DNA of 62,136 nt, counting the filler. It is 14 parts of 14 records of this genome, joined end to end, with 100 filler letters (N's around TTAATTAATTAA, not from the genome) between each part and the next. Parts side by side here need not be neighbours in the genome. Positions count along the whole stretch, not along the records: positions 22,847 to 26,186 come from SRR7504441_10782; positions 26,287 to 30,963 come from SRR7504441_10783; positions 31,064 to 35,692 come from SRR7504441_10785; 11 more parts are not named here. The stretch is one strand, 5' to 3'. The position numbers and the translations under genes are program-made. The first letter of the stretch is position 1. Each line of letters starts with the position of its first letter. The notes beneath the pieces were generated by a model that made no database searches, was not told where the DNA came from, and saw only the letters and a list, made by a program, of their open reading frames with translations. Shown in pieces: positions 22,979-34,938 of this stretch.

Positions 22979-25900
22979 TTATATTATCAAATGATTATCA
23001 AGCTGTCCGCCCACCCGCCACCGAGCTACCAATGCCTCAAAACTGCCACGCAACGCAGCTAGTTCAGCCGCCCCTTGCCCTTGATTGGTGCGTGGGCATG
23101 GGTCTTGACACTCGCTAAGCAGCTTGAGCAACCCCGCCCCTTCTTCGCCGTGCCCAGCCAGTGCGTGTGTCATCGCCTCGCCTAGCTGGCTCCGCAGCGG
23201 CACCACCAGTGGCCCTGGTCACTCATGAATAAACAAAGAAATGGCAATCACCGATCACGTCGGCTACCCGCGGAACGAGCTCCAACGGGAACGATTCGGC
23301 CAGCGCTTGAACTATAGCTGTTGCCAGCTGTGGCAGCGGCAGCGCAGCTGTGAATAGCTCGGCCATCTCGGGGGGACCGGTCCGAATCTTGACCTAAGAC
23401 ACACACAATAGAGCGTTCTGAGCCACACATCTTGTAAGGCTCGTTCTCAGCCACAGTTTTGATGGTTACATTTAGGGTTAGGTTTTTCTGGGTTACTGCA
23501 ATCCAGGCGAGCATTTGGATGGTTATTGCGACTGGCTGCGTCTCGGGGAGAGCCAGGCAGCCACACGCCACCTAAAATCAGCATGTTGTTAGAGAGCCAG
23601 TCAGAAAATCGCTTACCAAGAGCAGAGAGTGGAAGAGTGGGTGCCTCGGCAGGAGCTCTCCAGCGCAAACCTTTGAGAACAGTGGGTGAATAGATAGGTC
23701 ATAATACAGAGTGACCAGGTAAGCCATCGAGAGTTCAAACAATGCAGAGGCGAGCTGCGGCTGGTGCCGGTCGCTTTGGAGCTGTGCCAGTCAGTCACAG
23801 TGCAATGCAGAAAGGATTGGCTGGGGACCTGAGTGAGGATGCCGGTGCACGCTGCAGTGTAAACCTGGCCAAAGTCGGCAGCCAAGCTCGTCACTCCACC
23901 ATAGACGGCGACAGCGCTCGCGACCGCCCGCACCGCGTCTGGGAGCGTCACGGGGCTCTGAAGCTGGAGAGAAAACGCGTTCATAGTTGCTGGGAGCAAC
24001 GGCAGGAACCCAAGCCCAGCCGAACGCATGAGCACTGAGGCGAGCCGCTCAAACTGATGCGCCAGCTGCTCGTCCGGTGGGGCAGCAGCGAGCAGCTGGA
24101 GTAGCCCCGGCCAGAGCGGTCCAAACAGCCTCACCGCCAGGTGGGTCTCCTCTCCGGTCTGCCCGCCCCCGCGCAGTGGCCAACCTCTGACCATGGCCGC
24201 CAGGGCATCAAGAGGCGCACACAGCTGCTTAGGCCCCCTCACCTGTTGCAACCGGCCCAATTCTTGAGCCAACGGCACCAGCAGTCCCTGCAGCAGCGCT
24301 TCGCCCTGTGCTGTCCCACTCGCCATCCGAGACAGCGCTTCAATCACTTGCGCTCGGCTCTCGGGCTCGGGAAGCCGCCAGACAGGCTCAGTGCACGCGT
24401 GCACGAATTGGCTGAGCACTGCCGGCACGGCAGCCAAAGATGCCTTGCAGGTGCGGCTGAGCTGGAGCGCCGAGGCGGCGGCCGCTGTCGAAGCTTGCCC
24501 GCCGACCGCCAGCGCCGATGCCACTAGCCCCATTGCCTGTTGGAACACCTGCAGCTGCTCTGGGGCTTCGAGCTCCAGCGAAGCGAGCAGCCAGCCGTAA
24601 GCACCAACAAACCGCACTGCCGCTGCCGCGTGCCGCTCCCCTCGCAGCGGGGCCAGCGAGCCTATCACTGCGAGCAGAGCGGTGGCCAGCTCAGGCGCCC
24701 GCGGGCTGGCAGCGAGTGGCATCACACTCCCAGCCACCGCACTCAGCCCAAACAGCGCCGAGTCTGCCAGTCTCGGGCTGTCTCCTATCACCCGCTCAGC
24801 CAGCTTTAGAACCAAATCGGCCCCGAGCACGTCAACCGCGTAGCCGAGCACGGAGGCGGCCGTGTTCCGCCGAAATTGCTCGAGCTCAAACAGCTCGTCC
24901 TCGTTCAACTCCCCGTCGGCGCGCGACCGGCAGAGCACCGAGTCAGCGGCCTGCTGCCAGATCTCGGCCAGTTCGGACTGTCCGTCACTCGGCTGTTCGG
25001 CCAACCAATCCCAGAATTGAAGCCCGGCCTCGGCTACTAGTAAGACCGGGTGGCCCAGCGCGTCAGAGAGGAGCCCAGCGATCTGGCTTGACGGCTTGTG
25101 CTGCCCGACCTGCGCCGCCAGCCGGACGATGGCAAGCGCCGCGTCCTCGTCTGCCTCAGGGTCGTCGTGGTGCAGGCACTCAGTGACCGGCCCTAGAGGA
25201 TGCAGCGCCCTCGCAAGCGCCTCACTGGCCTCAGCCGCCAACTCCCCTTTCGAATTGACTACCCCGGCAATGAGCACCTGCCGCCGTTGCTGTTAGGCCC
25301 AGTTGGAATCCCGTTACCTCGGCCGCGTCGGCGCACAGCTCTGGCTGGCTTAGCATTTGGATCAACGGCGCAAGCAGTCCAGCAATGAACAGATGGTCAA
25401 CCGACACGCCGTGCGGCGCCCAGGCACTCAGACAGCGCACCGCCAACCGGATGTCCGTTGTAGATGGGCTGTGCACAGCTGCGACTGATCCGGGCGGGGG
25501 TGTGCCGTTGGTCACAAGCAGGTGCACTGCTAGTTGCAGCACGGCGGCCAGACACTGGTCCAGACATCCTCCCTCCGCTCCTGGAGGCGTCTCAGCCATC
25601 GTTCTCAACAGCCTCAGGGCCCGGTCCGCTTTCAGGCCGGAAAGCCCGTTGGCTATTAGCAACGAATAGCCGTTGGCCTGCCGGCGGGCCATCGCCGCAA
25701 TGATCTGGAGCACCTACACAGCCCCCGGATCAAATCCTCATCCCGGAAGGTTTAACCAACCTTCTCGAGCACCGGGCCGTCCAACTGCCCGGCCGCCGCC
25801 AGCATCCGTTGCGACAGCTCGGCCAGCGCCGGCAGCGACAGCTCGCCCACCCGGCGGAACACTGCGTTTGCCCCGAAGAAGGAGGCCTCGATCGACGGCC

Positions 25901-26036
25901 GGGCCATCAGCTGCATCGCCAGCTCGAGGCGTGCATCGCCGGCCTGGGCCTGCTCCAGGAACTGCTCGGCTTCCGTTGAGCCGGAGCGGTACAGCTCGGC
26001 CAGCGCCGCCTCCACCGCCTCCACTGATACCGACAT
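22979..26036 (-). CDS. Importin-beta family HEAT-repeat protein (importin-13/transportin-3-like), multi-exon
   Basis: N-terminus AVEAALAELYRSG..EAEQFLEQAQ...ASFFGANAV, plus AVRCLSAW, GLQFWDWLAE and LEQFRRN are typical of IPO13/TNPO3. Exons are linked by short introns. Confidence 0.75.
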
Positions 26037-26286
26037 GTCTCGCACAGGGTGGGCGGCGCCCCCCTGCAAAGTCGCGTACCGGTACGCGTACGTGTACAGT
26101 ACGGGTATTGGGGTGGGGCTAGGCCAATGGGATCGGAATATCCCTTTAGAGCCAGTTATCCCTTAAAGGCCTGAGTTCCGGAATTTNNNNNNNNNNNNNN
26201 NNNNNNNNNNNNNNNNNNNNNNNNNNNNNNTTAATTAATTAANNNNNNNNNNNNNNNNNNNNNNNNNNNNNNNNNNNNNNNNNNNN

Positions 26287-29200
26287 GGCCGGCTCTCAGC
26301 CACAGATGAGATGCACGGGGCGGCTCTCAGCCACAAATCACCTGCAGGGTTCATGGAGGCCTCGTCCTTTATCTGAGTCCAAAGCTTCCAGTCCATGGCC
26401 TGCCCAGCGCTCAGCCGGCCACCAGCCGCTGCCTGCCTCGTGCGCCGTGAGCATCTGCAGCTTGTGCAGCGTATTCGTACCCTCCACTTGGCCCATCTGC
26501 CACTCCGCCAGAGCCCCAAGCACCTGCCCCGCCTGCAGCACTCCCAGCACCGACGGGCACCTGCGAACAAGGGTCCTCCGCCCGCGCCGACGCCCCCAGC
26601 TCTGCCATCAATGCTCGCTCCTTGGCGCGCCGCTCCCCCGCTGCAGCCTTCTTACCTCGTGAGACCATGGCACCTGGCTACAGTCAAACCGCCCGTAGCA
26701 ACACAAGCACCGCGCGAGGCCCCCCGGGCTGTGTTGGGCTGGGAGGGCGGTGGGCTGTGGAGCGGCTTGGCAGTGGCTGCAATCACTCAGCTGCAGCAGC
26801 GAGCCGCCTCACCTGGGCCGGTCCCTGCGAGCGCTGGATTTGAGGCGCCGGCATGCACGCCGAGCATGAACAGCTTGGTTGCCAGCCCAGGCAGCAACTC
26901 CGGGGCCTTGCAGAGCAGCGCCTGCCGTTGGAAAGCCGTTAGAATGCCGTTAGAACCCGGTCGAACTGACTTTTGACTCGGCGTTGACTGTCTGAACCAG
27001 CCACCGGAAGATTTTAATTTCGGATTCTGGCCCAACAGCTCGGCCAGCCGCAGCCGCGCGGCCATTTACCAGTGTCTTTCATGTACTGTAGCAGCTTCTG
27101 CTCAGCGTCGGTTGCACGCTGCTGGGCATCCTAGCGCGCCCACTGAGTGCGGAGCCTCACTCACGCCGTGCCTTAGTCTGCTGGAGGAGTCTGAGACACT
27201 CGGCTTCCTTATCACGCACAGTTGCCTTCTCGGCCTCGAGTAACTGCTTGACCGCCTCCACACCTGCCAACATGCCCCGTCAGTCGCTCCCAGCAGCTCC
27301 GCCCGACCTCCGTCTTCCGCCTCTTTCTTCCTTCGCATATCTGCAATCATTTCCTGCAGAGCGGGCTCAAGTTATCGTTACAGGCATCTAGCCCCAGCGT
27401 ATCGCCGCTAGGCGGTTATTATCATCATCAAGAGTTGCCTGCTCCAGTCGCAACCGTTCACTCCTCGCTGGATCGTTCTTAGGGACCGTAGGCCGGCTTT
27501 CCCTCGGTGCAGGCGGTGCGGCCTCAATCGGCTTCCCGTGCCGCACCTGAATGCCGTTAAAACAACGGCATTCCAACCATTAAAAATCTCACCCGATCCG
27601 CATTTGGATCCGAGAACACGACCCTCTCACCAGACCTGAAACAGCCGGTCAAGACCTCGTCAGACACGGTACCAGCACCTGAACCGGGCGTGCTTGGCGT
27701 GTTCTCCCATCATCTTTTTCTCCATCTCAAGCCGAGCGCGCACCTGAGCATGTTCGGACCAGATGCCAGCAGCAACGTCACCTCGGGGTCGTCTTTGCCA
27801 GACCCAAACTCGAGCCCAGAGGCGAGAAGCAGCTGCCAGTCCGTTAAAATGCCGTTAGATTGCCGTTGGAATGCCTGCCCGAGCCCCTCCTCGGCCTCCT
27901 CCGGCGAGGCCTGCCCAAACACAATTGCGACCCACGCCTTGAATTGACTAGACGACATCAGTTCGCCGGTGCACCCTGCGCCCGTACTCAGCCGATCATC
28001 CGTCTACTGGCACTCACCGGCGTTTTTAAAACTAGTCTTGACCCCATCAAGCGGGCAATTCGGGTCGTACTTTTTGAGCATTAAATAAAACTCGTTAAAA
28101 TCGAGGAATCCTGTGGCACCATCCGTCAGCTCCTCGACCTTTGATCGAGTACCGCTCCCGTCCTTGTCGTACGACTCGAATAACCGCTGCGACAGGTCCT
28201 GCAGCCGAGGATTGAGCTTTTTCCCGGCCTGAGCCGCCGGCGAGGTTGCGGCTATCAAATCCTGCACACCGCTTAATCTATCTCGACAGATCTATCGCAG
28301 TGCCTGGATTCCTTCGTTGAATTCGGCCTCGTCTGCTCCGTCAAACGTCATCGCGAGCCACTTGTAAAAGTGCGGCGGGTCCATTTTGCCGTTGAGCACT
28401 CCAACGGACTTGAATCCCATCGAGATCTCGCCCGGCTCGATCCGAGGGTCGTAAGACTTGCACAAGTTGGTAAACTCCTTCAAATCAATGAACCTAAACC
28501 ACAATATGAATAAATAGCGCTAATAAGAATAATCATAATCACCCGGAGCCGTCGGTGTCGTAGGCCACAAACAGCGCGTTGGCCAGTTTATGCCTGCGTA
28601 GCGTTAACTCTCGATTAAACAATTAAATCAAACAATTAACTCACCGTGACGGCTCGAGCTCGTACTCTTTGTGCTCGGGCTCCTGGAAGGCCCAAGGATT
28701 CTCGCCCGGTTTTATTATGACCGGCTGCGGGGCTGGCGGTAACTCGCCCTCCAGTTCTGCCAGGGACGCGGGCCTGTACACAGCACACAGTGGATTAAGC
28801 TGTAATTAATTAATCAGCAGTCGGGACCTGTGGCTTGAAAACATGGCCATTTGATGTACTTGGGTCGAGCAGTCGGCGCAGTACGGGATCTGCCGTTGGA
28901 ACAATCCCGTTAGACAATGCTGCTATATAGACCACCAGTCGTAGGCGTTATGATTATATATACTATGTATGTATATATGGCGGGATTCGCCTTGCCACAC
29001 GCAGCGCAGAACACGACGGCAGGGCCTCCGCAGTTTTTACAGACCGACCGCTCCTTCCGCTGCTGAGCCGCCTCATACTCCTGGATGATCATCCGCTCCG
29101 CTTGCCGCCTGCACCTTAACGCTAACCGACACGTTTAATCCGACAGCGGGCGCCTGTCCATTTGGCCGCGTTTGTTCCGCTCGATTTTCATCGGCTTCAC

Positions 29201-29737
29201 GCCTGAGCCGCTCCGTGACCGATGCCGTTACCCACCCACCGTCCGGCAGCTTCTTCTCCTTAGCCTTTATCAACTCCTCCACCCCGCTAATCTACAACCA
29301 CCACCCATCACACCCGCCGCCGGCCCCAGCCGCACGAATTCGACTTGGTCACAGTCCCCGAACAGCATGAGCAGCCAGCCGTAGAACTGCTCCCGGGTCA
29401 TACTCGGGTTCCCCTCGCTCGCCTGGCCGTTAGATCGTGAGCCGCAGCGGCAGCGGCGCCAGACCATCTCGAAGGTCGTCTGCACCCCGGCCGGGTCGAT
29501 CGTGTGGTCGTACTGCTGGACCTGCCCCGGTGCCGTTAATCTAAAAATAGCACACAGCCGGTCACCAGCACGCAAAACTCCTCGATATCTAGGAAGCCTG
29601 CCCGGGCACCCGGGAGTCAGCGGCTCTGGGCCCGGCCGTCGATAATCACCAGACTCGTCGGTGTCGTAAGTGTCGAACATCTTGTTGGCCATGTGCAGCT
29701 GCGACTTGTTCATCCGCTTCGCGTTCGGGCTCGCCAT
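26287..29737 (-). CDS. Multi-EF-hand protein with a B-box zinc finger and coiled-coil tail; more than 20 short introns, 3'-truncated
   Basis: Spliced EF-hand loops DTDESGFLDIEEF, DTDGSGFIDLKEF and DKDGSGFLDFNEF. B-box CKNCGGPAVVFCAACGKIPYCADCSTQVH...H. The reading frame stays open through successive GT-AG/GC-AG introns, mostly 35-55 nt. Confidence 0.75.
26924..26956 (-). repeat. Intronic tandem 11-mer x3 (consensus ATTCTAACGGC); a second x3 array lies at 27840..27872
   Basis: + strand gccgttggaaa gccgttagaat gccgttagaac, and tccgttaaaat gccgttagatt gccgttggaat. Confidence 0.85.
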
Positions 29738-29835
29738 CCCCACCTCCGCGCAGCCCCCCGCGCTGCCTCACCACACCGCCTCACACAGACACCTGCAACG
29801 CCGCCAGCTCTTGCCGTTAGATCGTCACTGGCGCA

Positions 29836-30605
29836 ATGCTCGGTCGACTTGTGGGCGGGCTCGGGCTCGGGGCTCTGCTCCGGTTGGTGCGGCAACGGAC
29901 GAGTCCGTTGGCGCTGCACATCTACGACCACTGCCCGTTCTGCATCCGGGTAGAGCTCGCGCTCGGCTGGGCCGGGGTGCCTTACCAACGGAAGCTTTAC
30001 GGCTACGGCGACACGCTCGGCGACCCGGACAAGGGGTGCGCCGCCCCAACGGACGCTAACGGAACGCAACGGGCAGGTTGTACTCGACCGGCGTGGCGCT
30101 GACCGGCAAGAAGCAGCTGCCGGTGCTCTCGGGCCCCGGCCGTGAGCCGTTGGCTGAGTCTTCTGCTATCATCGCCGAGCTGGCCCCCGGGCTGCCCGCG
30201 GGGACCGGGCGACACGCCGAGCTGCTGTCGAGCAACGGACAATTCAAGAAGCTCCAACGGCAGCTCTGCCGGCCGCGGGTGGTCCGTATGGAGCAGCTGA
30301 CCGACTGGGCCCGGCCGGAGGATGTGGCCTACGCCACGGCCAAGTACCAGACCCAGGGCTTCGATTACCAAGCGGCGGTGGCGGCCGACGGGCCGAACAA
30401 GACGGCGATGGCGGTTATTCTAACCGAATTGGACGCCCGGCTGGTCCAGGAGGGCGAGCTGGGCTGGGACGATCTAGAGTTGCTGCCAGAGCTCCGAACA
30501 CTCAGCTGTGTGGCTGGGCTGGCGTGGCCGGCCGGGCTGCGCGGATACGTTGAGGCGGCGTTCGGGCGGGCGGGGGTGCCCACATACTTTGACTGCCAGC
30601 TCTGA
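29836..30605 (+). CDS. grxB: Glutaredoxin 2 (GrxB-type, GST fold) with an N-terminal extension; one intron at 30036..30076
   Basis: LHIYDHCPFC resembles E. coli Grx2 LYIYDHCPYC; also TGKKQLPVL, LAESSAII and LRTLSCVAGLAWP. Removing the 41-nt GT-AG intron joins the two ORFs. Confidence 0.85.
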
Positions 30606-31280
30606 GCGCCGAATAACGGTCGTTTTGGTTTGAAATTAGCGATTGGGAAGAGGAAACTCGGCGGACGAGCAGGCTTGATGCAACCAGGGCTTTGGGCGGG
30701 GCGGCGGGGGCGTAATTAATCATTACACGAACTGCGGCCGGTTGAGACGGTGATGAACGATCGATGCTATAAAACTCAGCTACTTTTAATATTAATAGCG
30801 TTGCAACGGTAACGGCATCGACGGCATTTGCACTACGCCAAAAACGGCAGAATGACGCATGACGCACGCTTGAATAAGCCGCCCGAGCGTGTAGATAGTA
30901 TTATTTTTAACCTCACCAAACTCCGGCCACACGCATCCTCGAGCGCAGCATAGAAATCTACGCNNNNNNNNNNNNNNNNNNNNNNNNNNNNNNNNNNNNN
31001 NNNNNNNTTAATTAATTAANNNNNNNNNNNNNNNNNNNNNNNNNNNNNNNNNNNNNNNNNNNNTCTAATTAATTCCGGATATATCGACACCTAATCGTGG
31101 ATTCAAAGGTGGTCGCTTTGTGTCGAGCAAGTAACTCATTACTGGAATCATTCCGTTGGTTACTTGACGATCCTGATGGTAGTGAACGCGTAATCTAAAT
31201 CAGACCCGGTCCTCGGTACGAGTATAATCACGTTCAGGCGCGCGATATCAACCTCGAGGTGTGGTCAGCTCAAGGCAGCT

Positions 31281-32967
31281 TCAAGCAGCGCGGTTCAGGA
31301 GTGGCAAAATCGGCACCAGATCCGACTTGCCACGCTCAATCATTTGAGAGGCGAGCACAGTCAACGATGCGTTCTGGACCCCAGCCTGCGGTAGTGACAG
31401 GGTTTGATGGGCAGTTGCGCCACGGTCCAGCAGGAGCTCCACGGCCTCCAGCCTCATCTCAGGCTGCCCCACCAAGAGCAGCGCGAGCGGTGTCCAGCCG
31501 GGAATCAGTGGCGGCGCGTAGTTGACATCAGCACCGAGCTCGTCCACCAGGAACTCAATTGCCGAGAGCCGATCATGCCCTCCGAGGGTATTGGCCACTT
31601 GACCCAAAGCAGTCATCCTGCCGTCGAACACAGAGTTCGGATCGACTCCGTGAGCGACCAGCATTTCCCAGAGTTCGAAATTGGGCCGATTTTTGACGAC
31701 ATCAACGACGCTCCACAAGAGCGCGTTGTTCAGGCCGGCGGACGGGTCCGCCTTGGCCTCGAGCAATAGCTTGACTGTGTCGGTGTTGTTGAATCCAGCA
31801 GCAGTCGCCACCACAGACTTGTCCTGCAGTCTCACTGCTCAGTCACACATGTGTCTCACGCTGACAACACCTCACAAAAGGTCCGTGCCTGCACATCGGC
31901 GCCTGCTGTCAAGAGTCGACGACAGATCTCGTTGTGCCCAAGGAGGGCGGCCATGGACAAAGATGTTGAACCAACCAAATCTCTCGCATCCACCTCTGCG
32001 GCAACCAGGTCAGACTCGAATCCAGGTGCATTAGAGCAGGCGACCTGCACCAGCGCGGATGAGTGCATCCACACATCCGATGGAGTTCCTCTCGGCGGCA
32101 ATCATCAGGGGAGCACACCCATGTCCTGTCATCACCCTCGGGTCTCGGTGAACCACACTCCAGGGCAATTCCAGCAAGTCGTGGTCACATACAGCATCGG
32201 GCCTGCCCTGGCCGATAGAGGTGATATTTGGATCGGCCCCGTGCTCCAAGAGAAACTCGACCAGCGGCAGGTTGTCATTCTGACACACAAGCTCAGTCGA
32301 CTCCCGGCTCAGCATTGCCTGAGCCGCGATGAATAGGGCAGGCACAGGAACGATGCCCTCGATGAACGTAACACCGTTGATGTTGGCGCCTGCATTGATC
32401 GCGGCGTTGGCGGCCCCGATGTCGAATACACCTGGCCCGTATGAGCTTGGCATCCGCGGCAACGCTGACACCTGTACACGTCTCGACAGGCTGGTCGAGC
32501 CCGCAGGCAGCGAAGAAGTCGGCCTGAGCCGGGGATAGATCGCTGGGGACGAAGTCGAAATTGAACTTGAGCCCGGCGGGATGCAGCTCCACGTCGCCCA
32601 TCTCGGTACCCGAGAAGACGCCCGCAGCCAGCAGCCGAGCAAAGTTGGCATTCCGCTCGCCCACCGGCGAGTACAGGGTGGTCAGGTTTGAGCTCCGGAC
32701 AGACAGCTTGACGGCCCGATCACCGCCCCCGAAAGGGTCGCTCCGGCCCTCGAGCACCATCGACGACATCAGCTTGACTTGCCAGCGCTGAGTGTCCGCC
32801 GGCGCGATGATGTGCGCGGTCAGACCGTTGTACCGGGCAGCCTTGACCAGCCCGTCGATCCGGACCACGTCGCCCATCCAGTATTCGGGCCGTGCGGCCA
32901 GGGCGTCCGCTTGTTGCGGGGTTGCCTCGGGGTTTGCGGTGCTGGGGTGGTTCGCGAGGCTGGGCAT
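31281..32967 (-). CDS. Ankyrin-repeat protein with an N-terminal SH3-like 'VRIDGLVKAARYNG' motif, multi-exon
   Basis: LVEFLLEHGADPN, ICRRLLTAGADV, VKLLLEAKADP and GWTPLALL; short GT-AG and GC-AG introns connect the ORFs. Confidence 0.75.
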
Positions 32968-33231
32968 TTCTTGGGACTGAGATCCCGAGCTGTCCGTTAG
33001 TAATCCGTTGTAATCTGCTGATGTTTACAGGCCGAAGGTGATCCCCACGCTCCCACCGACACGCCCATTGTCATCATACCTCTGCAACCTATCCGCAATA
33101 ATTATAAGAATTTAGATTGGGTAACAATCATCTCAATTGAGTTATCGTATGATGCGTTATCAACTCCACCGTTATCGTATGAAGGAGTTACCGTATGATA
33201 CGTAAGCATCGCATGCATGATTGTGATTGTA

Positions 33232-34768
33232 TTAACCCGAGGACACCGATTGTTGGATGCGGACACAAGCGTCGCCGCCATCACTGGCCGTGGGGACCGG
33301 ATTCACACTAACTATGTCGCCTACAACAGTCGCGTTCACATTGCTCGAAGTACTAACTGAGAAGCCGTGTGGGTAGTTGAACTGAGTGCTTGCAAAGATT
33401 TCTGCCAGCCGGTCAATTTGCCATCAAGCCAGGCTGCAGCACACCTGTCGGTGCCCGGATTTCAAGCTCCAGCTTGAAGCAAAAAACAAAATCTTTTGTC
33501 TGCGGGTCAAATGACATGTTCAGCGGCGCTCCTGCAATTGCGTAGGCATATGTGCGTGCCCACTGCGCAGCCTCTGTGCCATTACCCATGTCGAAATTCC
33601 AATCGATCCACGAAAAAAGCCGTTTGTCCAACGCGTTTCGGTTTATAATGCATTCTGACTCGTCAGGCGAGCACTGCATCCCTTCCGTCTGCATGGCCGC
33701 ACCACCAATCCGGTTAATGTCTGCCTGCACAGCGTTGTACACGAGCGGCGCCAGGCTGTCGTCACACACGACTCGCTGCAGCACTGGGTGGCCATTAAAC
33801 GAAGGCAGGAACGAATGGCAGTAATAATGATAGCTGTATGCGCTCCTATTCCTGTAGGCGTCGCCACCGGGCACATGTGTAAACCCAGCCCCGGAGAGCT
33901 TGCCGCTCCCGATCATCCCCCAGGTGGTCGGCTCATAGAACAGAATGTGCCGATCGTCGTGCTTCCTGATTGCTGCATTAGCCGCGTCGTACATCCGCTG
34001 GAGATTCAGTCTGCCCGCCACTCCAGGCAGCAGCAGTGCCGGGTTCTTGTAAAAGTCTCCCGCGAACGGCTCATTCATGACGTCGTAGCCGATGATCCCC
34101 GGCGTATCTTTGAACTGCTCAGCTGCATGCTCCCAGAAAGCTACAAAGTCGTCCAACATCCCGTTGTTGTTGTCAAAGATGTCCTGGTAAGCAGAGACGG
34201 ACGCCTCCGTGGCGATGTCAGTGCCGTCCCCCCGCGTTTGGCTGCTTGGCTGGCTGCTGCAGGATGCGTTGCCCTTCAACGGCCAGGGGAAGGGGTGCGC
34301 CGGCGGGGTTGCCTTGTTGATCACCCACAGCGGCACGCCGTCATACGCGCAGAACTTACTGCTCAGTCCATCCATCTGTACGTTCAGCAGCGAGTACACC
34401 CCGTGCCGTGCCAGCCTTTCCACCGTGGTCTTGATCACATCGATGTACGTCTGGTTGAACACACCGGGCGCCGGGTTGTAGCCCGGCCACATGAAGCCCA
34501 GCCGGCACACCGTTAAGCCCAAGCTCCGCATGTGGCTCGCCGTGGCGTCGTCGGCCGCCATCTCGGCAATGTACCATGGGGGGGACTTCTGCACGCGGTT
34601 TGAACCGTGGAAGATCCGCCGGCGGCCGAGCTCATCGTAAAAGTGGAAGTCGCCCAGTTGGTTGGACGCCCGAATCCAGCTGGTGGGAGAGGCCGCCGAT
34701 GGGGCAGCCAGCCATACCAACAGGGCACAGCCGACGACTCGCAAGTACGCACCACACGCCGCCATCAT
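33232..34768 (-). CDS. Glycoside hydrolase family 5, endoglycoceramidase-like, secreted
   Basis: GRRRIFHGSN, RLGFMWPGYNPAPGVFNQTY, acid/base GYDVMNEPFAGD, SYHYYC, nucleophile MQTEG and ARTYAYAIAGAP. Signal peptide present; one 3' intron (~33403-33445) leads to TAA at 33232. Confidence 0.85.
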
Positions 34769-34938
34769 TCCTACCCTGTCTGCCTGTGCCGAGGTGCTCT
34801 GCGTTGACGGCGTGGCACACCTGTTGCCCGGACCCAGGCCCAGTGCCGTCGAGGTGTGCAGCTGGCCGCACGTTTTGGCCGTTGGCACCTGTCCGGAGAA
34901 CCGCGCACCTGTCAGCAAGTGACCAGGGCAAGTGACCG

